A stretch of 64,000 nt of DNA from contig CAVSIV010000006.1 in assembly GCA_963728205.1 (NCBI GenBank), forward strand, positions 928,001-992,000, read 5' to 3'. This stretch comes from an uncultured Chloroflexia bacterium. Its GTDB lineage: Bacteria; Chloroflexota; Dehalococcoidia; UBA2979. The notes beneath the pieces are model-generated. The model did not search any database and was not told where the DNA came from. It saw nothing but the letters and a program-made list of their open reading frames with translations. Of this stretch, positions 1-8,926 are shown one piece after another (the stretch's first letter is position 1; each line of letters opens with the position of its first letter). Made by a program: the position numbers and the translations under genes.

Positions 1-733
1 GCGCGCGCTCGCTGTCCACCACCACCCCGACGCTGGAGACCCCCGTGTGCAGCGGGATCGCCCACGCCCACCCGTCCGCGAACGACTCGACCAGGATGTT
101 GCCCGCGGCCGGCGCCGGGAGGCCCCGCGCACCGCGGTAGTAGGCGTAGACGGCGAGATTGCGGAAGAACGGGTCCCACCGGCGCAGATCGCGCGCCCGC
201 CCGATCACCGCTTGCTGCCCGCTCGCGTCGACGACGAAGTCTGCCGCGACCGTCGTCGTCCGGCCGCCACGACGGCGGCAGCGCACCCCGGTGGCGCGGT
301 CGCCCTCGAAGCAGACCTCGACGACCTGCACCCCCTCGCGCACATCGGCGCCGAGTGACCGCGCGTGCTCCAGCAGGATCTGGTCGAACTCCGGTCGGGT
401 GACCTGGTACGAGTGCGGCCAGCGCGCGTTCGTCTCGCGGAAGAACCACGACCACGGCGTCGGGTCCGAGCCCCAGACCATCGTCGCGCCGGGCTTCTCC
501 AGGAAACCGGCGCGCTGGACCGCGGCGAGCGCGCCGATCTCTTCGAGGATCGGCAGGGTCGCCGGCAGCAGCGACTCGCCCACGTGCGACCGCGGGAAGT
601 GCTCGCGCTCGAGCACCAGCACGCGCATCCCGGTGCGCGCCAGCGCGGCCGCGGCGGTGCTCCCACCCGGACCGCCGCCGATCACGATCGCGTCGACGCT
701 CGACGGCAAGGCCGGCCCGCGCGCAGGGCTCAC
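1..733 (-). CDS. Flavin-dependent halogenase-like FAD oxidoreductase (3' end runs off the window)
   Basis: Manual minus-strand translation (not in ORF track): VDAIVIGGGPGGS FAD motif, FPRSHVGESLLP, GFLEKPGATMVWG (catalytic Lys position), DASG, GWAWAIP (WxWxIP). Start GTG 733 or TTG 709. Confidence 0.8.
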   Translation of the reverse strand, partial: MSPARGPALPSSVDAIVIGGGPGGSTAAAALARTGMRVLVLEREHFPRSHVGESLLPATLPILEEIGALAAVQRAGFLEKPGATMVWGSDPTPWSWFFRETNARWPHSYQVTRPEFDQILLEHARSLGADVREGVQVVEVCFEGDRATGVRCRRRGGRTTTVAADFVVDASGQQAVIGRARDLRRWDPFFRNLAVYAYYRGARGLPAPAAGNILVESFADGWAWAIPLHTGVSSVGVVVDSERA

Positions 734-758
734 GCCGGGGCCCGGCGCGCGAGGACAC

Positions 759-2066
759 TCAGTCGCCCGCCTCCACCGGCTCGATCGCCTTGGCGTCGGC
801 CGGGTTCTTCTCGTAGGGGCCGGGGAGCCCGAGCTCCTCGCCCATCTCGCGCACCGCCGGGAGCACGTCGGAGCCGAACAGCCGCAGGCTCCGCATGGAG
901 TCCTCGTGCGTCATTGCGCCGTCGCCGTCCCAGAAGAAGATGCTCCCGGGGCGCAGCGTCTCGAGGACATGCCGGATCTTCGGGATCACGGTCTTCGGCG
1001 TGCCGGTGATGATCGTGTAGTTCTCGAGCTGCTCGTCGTATCCGGCCTGCATCGCGGGCCGGGCGGGGGCAGCCTTCCCGCCGTTCCCGCCGCTCTCGGC
1101 CGGCAGCTCGGTGTGACCGCGCGAGGCCGCGGCGATCCCGACCTGGCCGGTCGGCAGCAGGTTGTTGCGGTCGGTGAGACCGGGCAGGTTCTGCAGCACC
1201 GGCGAGGCCACGCCGCGGCTGCCCTCGAGGAAGATGTTCCCGGGGCCGTCGAGGAACTTCTTCGCGGTCGCATACGCGAGTTCTTCGGTCTCGTCGACGT
1301 GCACCTTGAACAGGTAGCCGATGTGCTCCGGGCCGGCCTCGTACCCCTCGCGCGCGGCGACCTCGCGGTAGTAGTCGAACGACTGGCGCGTCGGCTCGAG
1401 GCGTGTGGCGAGCATCACGTAGGGATACCGGTGCTTCGCCGCCCACTCCACGGTGTTCCGGGAGAGCACGCCCGGGATCATGATCAACGGGTGCGGCTGC
1501 TGGTACGGCCGCATCCACGGGTTCACGTAGCGGTACTGGTAGTGCTCGCCCTCCCACCGGAACGGGCCGGGCGTCGTCCACGCCTTGATGATGAAGTCGT
1601 GCGCCTCCTGGAAGCGCTCCCAGTTGAAGGGTGGCTGCGCGTTGTGCGCGACGCTCTCGCGGCCGGTGCCGCGCACCCATCCAGTCACGAGCCGACCCTC
1701 GGAGATCATGTCGATCGTCGCGAGCGTCTCGGCCAGCCAGAGCGGGTCATCCCAGATGGGTAGCACGTTCCCGTTGAGAACGATCTTCACCTTCTTGGTG
1801 ATGCGGGCGAGGATCGACGCCTCGACGTTGACGACGCCGCCCATGCAGAACGGCGTGCTGTGGTGCTCGTTGAGCATGATCGCGTCGAAGCCCATCTCCT
1901 CGACCACGATCTTCTCGTCGAAGTAGCGGTTGTAGAGCTCGGCGCCGAGCTTCGGGTCGTACTCACCGTTGCTGATCGAGAGGTCCTGGATGTTGCGTCC
2001 GGTCGCGCCGAAGTACCCGGAGTTCGGGTCCTGATACGGCCGCTCGGTGAAGTATCCGACGAACAT
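759..2066 (-). CDS. LLM class flavin-dependent oxidoreductase (luciferase-like monooxygenase)
   Basis: EEMGFDAIMLNEHH, LATIDMISEGRL, PYQQPHP motifs. Start MFVGYF at 2066 in a TGATG overlap with the upstream gene. Confidence 0.9.
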   Translation of the reverse strand: MFVGYFTERPYQDPNSGYFGATGRNIQDLSISNGEYDPKLGAELYNRYFDEKIVVEEMGFDAIMLNEHHSTPFCMGGVVNVEASILARITKKVKIVLNGNVLPIWDDPLWLAETLATIDMISEGRLVTGWVRGTGRESVAHNAQPPFNWERFQEAHDFIIKAWTTPGPFRWEGEHYQYRYVNPWMRPYQQPHPLIMIPGVLSRNTVEWAAKHRYPYVMLATRLEPTRQSFDYYREVAAREGYEAGPEHIGYLFKVHVDETEELAYATAKKFLDGPGNIFLEGSRGVASPVLQNLPGLTDRNNLLPTGQVGIAAASRGHTELPAESGGNGGKAAPARPAMQAGYDEQLENYTIITGTPKTVIPKIRHVLETLRPGSIFFWDGDGAMTHEDSMRSLRLFGSDVLPAVREMGEELGLPGPYEKNPADAKAIEPVEAGD

Positions 2067-2890
2067 CAGCGGCTCCTCGCCTGCACCGGCCGCGCGCTCG
2101 CGACCTGCTGCGCAGCGTGGTTGACGACCAACGCCGCGACTCGATCGGGTTCCTCGATCTCGACCGCGTGCCCGGCTCCGGGGACGACCTCGAGGTGGGC
2201 GTGCGGCAGCGCCGCCGCGTACTGCTCTCCGATCGTCCGGGGCGTCACACGATCTGCCTCGCCCCACACCGCGAGCGTCGGGGTCTCAACCTCGGTGAGC
2301 AGGTGCGGGAGCCGCGTGTTGTACATGTAGGGGCGCCACGAGATGCGCGCGGTCATGACCCGGTTGAACTGCCAGAGGGTCACGAGGCTGCGATCGACCT
2401 CCGCGCCGAGATGCCGCTCGGCGGTGGCATCGTCGCGGAACGCGGCCCGCGCGTACTCGGTGTGATCCATCAGCATCTGGTCCATGATGTCGCCCGTCTG
2501 GGGCCGAAGCCCGGCGGCGCCCACGACGACGAGGCTCGACAGGCCGCCGGGGTTCATCGTCGCCATCTCGGCGGCGATGAAGCCGCCGAGGCCGAGTCCG
2601 ACCACGGTCACGCCGCTGAGCTGCTGCTTCCGCAGGTACTGGAGCATCAGGATCGCGAGGTCGCGCGGTTCGCGCGCCCACTCGGGCAAGGTCGACTGCC
2701 CGTAGCCGGGCAGATCGGGAACCAGCACGTCGTGTTGCTCGGCGAGGGCGTCGAAGAACGGTGTCCAGCCAGTGCTGCCCGTCGAGCGATGCAGCACGAG
2801 CAGCGGCGGTCCGTCGCCGGCGCGCATCGCGTGGATCCCGAGGCCCGCCACCTCGACTTCATGGTCCTCGGGCGTGCGTGTCGTCGTCAC
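2066..2890 (-). CDS. Alpha/beta fold hydrolase-like protein
   Basis: PLLVLH, PDLPGYGQS, PTLAVWGEAD, GAGH motifs. Nucleophile elbow reads GLGLGG, with no Ser. Confidence 0.85.
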   Translation of the reverse strand: MTTTRTPEDHEVEVAGLGIHAMRAGDGPPLLVLHRSTGSTGWTPFFDALAEQHDVLVPDLPGYGQSTLPEWAREPRDLAILMLQYLRKQQLSGVTVVGLGLGGFIAAEMATMNPGGLSSLVVVGAAGLRPQTGDIMDQMLMDHTEYARAAFRDDATAERHLGAEVDRSLVTLWQFNRVMTARISWRPYMYNTRLPHLLTEVETPTLAVWGEADRVTPRTIGEQYAAALPHAHLEVVPGAGHAVEIEEPDRVAALVVNHAAQQVASARPVQARSR

Positions 2891-3025
2891 GTGCCCCCCT
2901 TCCGGAGCGGTGGCCGGGATACTAGAGCCTCCCGCCGCGCGTGACCAACACGTTCGTAGTAGCCCGGAACCACGTCAGCCGCCAGAATGCGGACGGCCCC
3001 CGGCGTCGAGGAAGAGGCGGTCGGC

Positions 3026-4726
3026 ATGACGGCGGACGGCGCACCTGCCCCGGTCAGCGAGGAGCTGCTCGTCATCCCGACGCGCGACGGCGCCGCGCTC
3101 GCGGCGTCGCTCACGCGTCCGGCCGGGCCCGGGCCGTTCCCGACGATCCTCGTCCGCACGCCCTACGACCGCACGAACCAGCGCGCGTCCGGGGAGGCTT
3201 GGGCGCGCGCGGGCTACGCGTTCGTACGGCAGGACGTGCGCGGCCGCTTCGACTCGGAGGGAGAGTTCTACCCGTTCCGCGACGACCCGGCGGACGGCGC
3301 CGACACGATCGCCTGGATCGCGCAGCAGCCGTGGAGCAGCGGCGCCGTCGGGATGAGCGGCGCGTCGCATGTCGGCACCGTGCAGTACCTCGTTGCTCCC
3401 CAGCGGCCGCCGGCACTGGCGGCCGCCATCCCGGAGTTCGCTCCGGCCAGCGTCTACCACTACTGGTGGTGGCATGGGGGCGCCTTCCGCCTGTCGTTCA
3501 ACGCCGCCTGGGCCGTGCTGCTGGCCCGAGACAACCTGCGCCACTTCCCCTCGCGACTCGCCGAGCTCGAGGCGCAGCGCGCCCAGGCGTGGGTGACGCC
3601 CGAGGAGATGCGCCGTCTCGAGATCAAGCCCTTCTTCCGGCGCTGGGCGCCCGAGACCTTCGCCCGCCTGCCGACGGTCTTCGGCAACAGCTGGTTCCAG
3701 GAGTTCATGGCGCACCCATCGTTCGACCCGTTCTGGGAGCCGTACGACCTCACGCGCCGGCACCGGGACTGCGCTGCGCCCATGCTGCACGTCGGCGGCT
3801 GGTTCGACACGTTCGCGCAGGGCACGATCGACTCGTTCAGCGGCCTGTCCGCTGCCGGACGGGCGGAGCAGCGGCTCATCGTTGGTCCGTGGCGACACGT
3901 GAACTGGGGCCAGCGCGAGACAGGTGAGCTCGACTTCGGGCCCTCCGTGCTCGAGGTCGACCCGTTCGCAACGCGGCGGGCCTGGTTCGACCGCTGGCTC
4001 CGTGGTGCCGACGGCGACGACCCGCCGGTGCTGATCTACGTGATGGGCGAGAACGCCTGGCGCCGCGAGGAGGCGTGGCCGCCGCCGACCGCGCAGGAGC
4101 AGGCCTGGTACCTGGGCGCGGACGGCTCGCTCCGCCGCGACGCGCCCGGCGACGAGCGAGGGCGCTCGTTCACCTACGACCCGCGCGATCCCGTCGTCAC
4201 GCTGGGCGGCCCGGACTGGGTGAACTACCCGTGCGGGCCCTTCGACCAGGCGCCCCTCGACGCGCGACCGGACATCCTGCGCTTCCAGTCGGCTCCGCTC
4301 GACCGCGACGTCGAGGTCACCGGCCGCGTGCGCGCCCTGCTCTGGGTCGCGTCGACGGCGGTCGACACCGACTTCACGGCCAAGCTCATCGACGTGCACC
4401 CCGACGGGCGCGCGTTCAACCTCTGCGACGGGATTCGCCGCGCGCGCTACCGCGACTCGTTCGCGACGCCGAGCCTGCTCGCGCCGGGCGAGCCCGTCGC
4501 TATCGCGATCGACCTCTGGTCGACGAGCAACCTCTTCCGTCGCGGCCACCGGATCCGACTCGACGTGTCGAGCAGCAACTTCCCGCGCTTCGACGTCAAC
4601 CCCAACACCGGCGACGGATCGCTCGGCGGCCCCGAGGCGGACCGCCCGTACGTCACCGCGACCAACACCGTCTTCTGCGATCGCGAGCGGCCGTCCCGGA
4701 TCGTGCTCCCCGTCGTCCCGCGCTGA
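3026..4726 (+). CDS. CocE/NonD family hydrolase
   Basis: RTPY, QDVRGRFDSEG, GASHVG nucleophile, GGWFD, GPWRH, C-terminal SSSNFPRFDVNPNTG. Alternative start 2987. Confidence 0.92.
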   Translation: MTADGAPAPVSEELLVIPTRDGAALAASLTRPAGPGPFPTILVRTPYDRTNQRASGEAWARAGYAFVRQDVRGRFDSEGEFYPFRDDPADGADTIAWIAQQPWSSGAVGMSGASHVGTVQYLVAPQRPPALAAAIPEFAPASVYHYWWWHGGAFRLSFNAAWAVLLARDNLRHFPSRLAELEAQRAQAWVTPEEMRRLEIKPFFRRWAPETFARLPTVFGNSWFQEFMAHPSFDPFWEPYDLTRRHRDCAAPMLHVGGWFDTFAQGTIDSFSGLSAAGRAEQRLIVGPWRHVNWGQRETGELDFGPSVLEVDPFATRRAWFDRWLRGADGDDPPVLIYVMGENAWRREEAWPPPTAQEQAWYLGADGSLRRDAPGDERGRSFTYDPRDPVVTLGGPDWVNYPCGPFDQAPLDARPDILRFQSAPLDRDVEVTGRVRALLWVASTAVDTDFTAKLIDVHPDGRAFNLCDGIRRARYRDSFATPSLLAPGEPVAIAIDLWSTSNLFRRGHRIRLDVSSSNFPRFDVNPNTGDGSLGGPEADRPYVTATNTVFCDRERPSRIVLPVVPR

Positions 4727-4792
4727 TCGCCCCCGGCGCAGCGCGAAGTGACGCAGCGCCGGGGGCGGGCGAGTCCATGCACACGGGCTCCG

Positions 4793-6040
4793 TTAACCGC
4801 GCGGCAGCCCCAGCCCGCGCGTCGCGATGATGTTCCGCTGGATCTCCGAGGACCCCGCGGCGATCGTCGCCGGCACGGAGGTCACGTAGTCCTGCGTGAA
4901 CGACGCCCGCGCCGGCGCGTGCGGGTCGCCCGGGTCCCAGAGGTTCGAGTACAGCCCGAACAGCTTCGTGCCCGTGCGCGCCAGGCGCTGCCGCGCCTCG
5001 GAGATGAACATCTTCGCCATCGACGCCTCGTAGTTCGGGATCAGCCCGCGGTTCTGCATCGAGATGATGCGGAACGAGAAGTTCGACCCCACCTCACTCT
5101 CGACGTAGCGGTCCGCGACCTCGAGGCGCAGTGCCGTCGCCTCGCCCGACTGCCCGCCGAGCCGCGCCTTCTCCGCGCCCTCCTCGGTGCCGACGTAGTC
5201 GATCAGGCGCCGAATCGTGCGTCGCGCGGCGACCGCGCCGGAGATGTTCGAGCGCTCGAAGTCGAGCAGCGTGGCGCCGACGTACCAGCCGCGGTTCACC
5301 TCGCCGACCGCGTTCTTCGCCGGCACGCGCACGTCCTCGAAGAACGTCTCGTTGAAGCCGTGCTTCCACGCCATGTTGATCAGCGGCCGCACGCTGAGCC
5401 CCGGCGTGTGAATGTCCTCGATCACGAGGAACGTGATCCCACGGTGCTTCGGCGCGTCGGGATCGGTGCGCACGAGCGCGAACAGCGCGTCTGCGTGGTG
5501 CGCGCCCGACGTCCAGATCTTCTGCCCGTTCACCACGAAGTCGTCGCCGTCGCGGACGGCGCGCGTCTGCAGCGACGCGAGGTCCGAGCCGGCTCCCGGC
5601 TCCGAGTAGCCCTGCGCGTAGACGACCTCGCCCGACAGGATCGGCGGGAGCCACTTCTGCTTCTGCTCGTCGGTGCCGTGCACGATCAGCGTCGGCCCGA
5701 GCAGGCTGACGCCTGAGCCGCCGACGCGCGGCGCGCCGGCCGACGAGATCTCCTGGTTGAAGATGAACTGCTCCATCGGCGAGAGCCCGCCGCCGCCGTA
5801 CTCGCGCGGCCACTGCGGCGCGAACCAGCCGCGCGCCGCGAGCGCATCGCCCCAGCGCTTGGCCGCGTCGCGTCGCTCCGCGTCGTCGGACTTCCGGTCG
5901 GCGGTCCAGTCGCCGCCGCCGCCCTCTTCGACGTTGTCGCCGGCGGCGATGCGCCGGTAGTAGTCCGGCAGGTCCTGCTCGAGGACGCCGCGCACCTGCG
6001 CGCGGAAGTCGGCCTGCTCCTGCGTGTCCGCCCAATCCAT
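4793..6040 (-). CDS. Acyl-CoA dehydrogenase family protein
   Basis: QGYSEPGAGSDLASL, NGQKIWTS, FNETFFEDVRVP, TIAAGSSEIQRNII. Confidence 0.95.
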   Translation of the reverse strand: MDWADTQEQADFRAQVRGVLEQDLPDYYRRIAAGDNVEEGGGGDWTADRKSDDAERRDAAKRWGDALAARGWFAPQWPREYGGGGLSPMEQFIFNQEISSAGAPRVGGSGVSLLGPTLIVHGTDEQKQKWLPPILSGEVVYAQGYSEPGAGSDLASLQTRAVRDGDDFVVNGQKIWTSGAHHADALFALVRTDPDAPKHRGITFLVIEDIHTPGLSVRPLINMAWKHGFNETFFEDVRVPAKNAVGEVNRGWYVGATLLDFERSNISGAVAARRTIRRLIDYVGTEEGAEKARLGGQSGEATALRLEVADRYVESEVGSNFSFRIISMQNRGLIPNYEASMAKMFISEARQRLARTGTKLFGLYSNLWDPGDPHAPARASFTQDYVTSVPATIAAGSSEIQRNIIATRGLGLPRG

Positions 6041-6203
6041 CGATGCACCCCCCATGACCGTGAAACCCTGCGCAGTGACATCGCGAGTGTAATCGCTCTC
6101 CGCGAGCGTGCACCCGCGGCGCCGCGTTGACGACCCGGGCGTGCGAACGGGACGGCGAACCGGGCGCGCGGGCGCCGCTCGCCGCAGGTGGGGGCTGCAG
6201 CGC

Positions 6204-7226
6204 CTATCGCACGACGAGCACGATCGTCCCGGTGGGCACGCCCGACGGGAACGCAGCGTCGAACGTCGCGTTCACGAACGCCGGCGCGCCGGGGATCAGC
6301 ACGAGCGACCGCCCCCCGACGAACGTCGTCACCGACACGCCGCCCGCCGCCGTCACGGCCGCCGCGAGCTGCGCGACCGTGCCGCCGTTCCAGATCGCGG
6401 CGGTCACGCCGACGCTCGTGATCGCGCGGTCCAACGCCCCCACGATCCCGACGCCGGGACTCGGCGCCGTCACGGTCGGCGGGTAGAGCACGGCGAGCGC
6501 GGCGATGTCGTCCGGCTGGAGCAGGTACGGTGTCTGGCAGGCGATGTCGGTCGGCGCCATGATCGCGGTCGGGTCGAGCGAGTGGCCGACGCCGATCGTG
6601 TGCAGCAGCTCGTGCGTGATCGTGTGCTGCAGGTCGCGGTAGGTCGGGCTGCCGGGGCAGGCGAAGTCGTAGGCGTCGCTCAGGAAGACGCGCGCGGAGC
6701 GCAGGTCGCTCCATCCCGGCTGCGTCGCCGACGGCACGCCGGAGTAGACCGCGCGGCCGGTCTCGGCGATCTGGCCCCAGCCGATCACGATCGCATACGA
6801 GGTGTCCTGCGTGCAGAGCTCCGCGCGCGTCGCGGGCCCGGCGTCGACGAGCGTCAGCCCCCCGCGCAGCTCCGCGTTGATCTGCTGGATGGAGGCGTCG
6901 AACGCCTGCTGCGCGATCACGGCGCTCAGCGCTGACGCGGGTCCCGAGAGATCCGTCCCGTTCAGCACGCAGGTCCCCCCGCCCCAGGACGAGTAGAGAT
7001 CGACGCGGGTGCGGTCGACCCACTTGAAGTTCTCGAGCACATAGCCCGGGAATGGCGCGCTCGCCTCGTCCGGCGACCCGACGAGCGTGCCGGCGTGCAC
7101 CGCTTCGCCGCCGCCGAGGGTCGCCGCGGAGAGGGCGAGCAGCGCGACCGCGACGGCAATCGCGCGGCCCAGCCGCGCCGCGGTCGCGCGCGCTCGGTGC
7201 TCCCGCGGCGGCGGTCGTGACCCCAT
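6204..7226 (-). CDS. Secreted matrixin-family (metzincin) metalloprotease with C-terminal accessory domain
   Basis: Signal-peptide-like N-terminus, HELLHTIGVGH (HExxHxxGxxH) and Met-turn AIMAP. Confidence 0.85.
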   Translation of the reverse strand: MGSRPPPREHRARATAARLGRAIAVAVALLALSAATLGGGEAVHAGTLVGSPDEASAPFPGYVLENFKWVDRTRVDLYSSWGGGTCVLNGTDLSGPASALSAVIAQQAFDASIQQINAELRGGLTLVDAGPATRAELCTQDTSYAIVIGWGQIAETGRAVYSGVPSATQPGWSDLRSARVFLSDAYDFACPGSPTYRDLQHTITHELLHTIGVGHSLDPTAIMAPTDIACQTPYLLQPDDIAALAVLYPPTVTAPSPGVGIVGALDRAITSVGVTAAIWNGGTVAQLAAAVTAAGGVSVTTFVGGRSLVLIPGAPAFVNATFDAAFPSGVPTGTIVLVVR

Positions 7227-7609
7227 TGCCCCCCACCCTTCGCCCGCGGCGCGGGTCCGTCCCGCGCGTCATCGTGCGCCGCTAAGCCACGGCGCCGCCT
7301 GGCTGCCGATGGTCACGGGCCCAGCGCCGAGCACCCGACCCGTCTGGCGAGGAGTCGCCCTGATCCGGCCGCGGAGGCGCAGGGTAGCCCCCGCTCGCCG
7401 CTCGCGGGCGATGCCCCTGCCGGAGCCGGCTGATCACTGGAAGATCGCGCGGCTCGTGCTCGCGAGCATCCCGCTCACGACGCTGGTCCCTGTGTCCGGC
7501 CTTCCAAGCCCGATCGGCGCCGACGTCACCCCTGCTCACGCCTGGCGGGGCGGAGTGCAGCGGTTGACCCGTGCGAAACCGTGAAGACACGGACGGATTC
7601 GATCGGCAC

Positions 7610-7654
7610 GGGCATGCCCCGGGCCGCTCGGCCGTAAGAGCCCGGGGCATGCCC
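7610..7654. repeat. Perfect 15-bp inverted repeat (hairpin) in intergenic region
   Basis: GGGCATGCCCCGGGC-loop-GCCCGGGGCATGCCC. Confidence 0.75.
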
Positions 7655-7839
7655 ACCAGAGGGGAGCAGGCCCACGAGCGCCGACCATCGCGTGCGGAGC
7701 CCCCGGGGGACTTGCGGCGGGGCGCATAGTGTGGCTGTCGCCCGCGTCGCTGCGGCGCGCGGCGAGCGTCAGGGCCGGCGCGAGAGGCGGTCCGCGCGCG
7801 ACGGTGGTGGTCGCGATGCGGGGCCGGAGGAGGCACACG

Positions 7840-8886
7840 GTGGTCGGGACGCCACAGCCGCCCGCCGATCGGATCGCCGCGGCACGCGACGCGGTCGGCG
7901 AGCACGCGGGCGATGACTACGTGATCGCGCCCACGCAGCACGCCGCCGCGCTGAGCGGGGCCGCGCCGCAGCTGGCCGACGTGCTGCGCGGGTCCGGCCC
8001 GGAAACGGACGCCGCCGAGTACGAGCGGCTCGACGCGGACGCAATCGGCGCACAGCACGACTTCAAGCGGACGGCCGCCCGCGCCAACGGCGCGATTCTG
8101 CTGACGACGTGGCTGGGCGCTGCGGTGCTCGCCGCGAGCACGCTCGACGGCCTCCTCGGCTCGGAGGTGAGCCGAGTCGTCGCGGTGGCATGCGGTGCCG
8201 CCGGCGTGGTTGCGGGCGCACTCGGCGCGATGTGGCTGCAGCGCCTCAAGCGAGGCGAGTTGTTCAATCGCTGGATGCGCGCGCGCGCCCGCGCCGAGGC
8301 GCAGCGGGTGCGGTACTTCGAGCGAGTCGTCTCGGCCCCCGACCCCGGCGGCGGGTCGCCGCCGCTTCCGCTGCTCCAGCTCGAGTACGTGCGTCGCTAC
8401 CTGCTCGACGTCGAGCTCGCCTTCTACCGTCGTCGCGGCGCAGACCACCGGCGCGGAGCCGACCGCTCGCTCCGGCTGGAGGGCATCGCGCTCGTGCTCG
8501 CGACCGTCGGCACGGGCATCGGCGCGTTGCTCGTCGCCGCCGCGGGCGCCGAGCTCGCCGCCGCCAGCGCCCTGGGGATCGCCGGCGCGGCGCTCGCCGG
8601 CTTCGCGCAGAGCCGCGAGGCAGTGACGCAGGACGCGCGCAACGCCGAGCGCTACGAACGCACGCGGGAGGCACTGGTCGCGGTCCGCGAGCGGCTCGAC
8701 GCCGTCCGCGCCGCCGCCGCCGTCGGCGACGCCGACCCGGTACGGCACTTCTTCGAGAGCGTGGTCGAGCAGGTCTCGGTCGAGCACCGCCAGTGGCTCG
8801 ATGCTGCCGAGCAGGCGCGCGGCGCGATCGGCCGGCTCGAGGAGGCGCTCGAGCGCAGCCGCGCCGCGACCGCGCCAAACTCATAG
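7840..8886 (+). CDS. DUF4231/SLATT-like tandem 2x2-TM membrane protein
   Basis: Two hydrophobic hairpins, each followed by a helical motif (RWMRARARAEAQR; VEQVSVEHRQW). GGAGG RBS before GTG 7840. Confidence 0.65.
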   Translation: MVGTPQPPADRIAAARDAVGEHAGDDYVIAPTQHAAALSGAAPQLADVLRGSGPETDAAEYERLDADAIGAQHDFKRTAARANGAILLTTWLGAAVLAASTLDGLLGSEVSRVVAVACGAAGVVAGALGAMWLQRLKRGELFNRWMRARARAEAQRVRYFERVVSAPDPGGGSPPLPLLQLEYVRRYLLDVELAFYRRRGADHRRGADRSLRLEGIALVLATVGTGIGALLVAAAGAELAAASALGIAGAALAGFAQSREAVTQDARNAERYERTREALVAVRERLDAVRAAAAVGDADPVRHFFESVVEQVSVEHRQWLDAAEQARGAIGRLEEALERSRAATAPNS

Positions 8887-8926
8887 CAGCATCCGTCACG
8901 CCCGGGCCGGGCGAGGAGATCCAACC

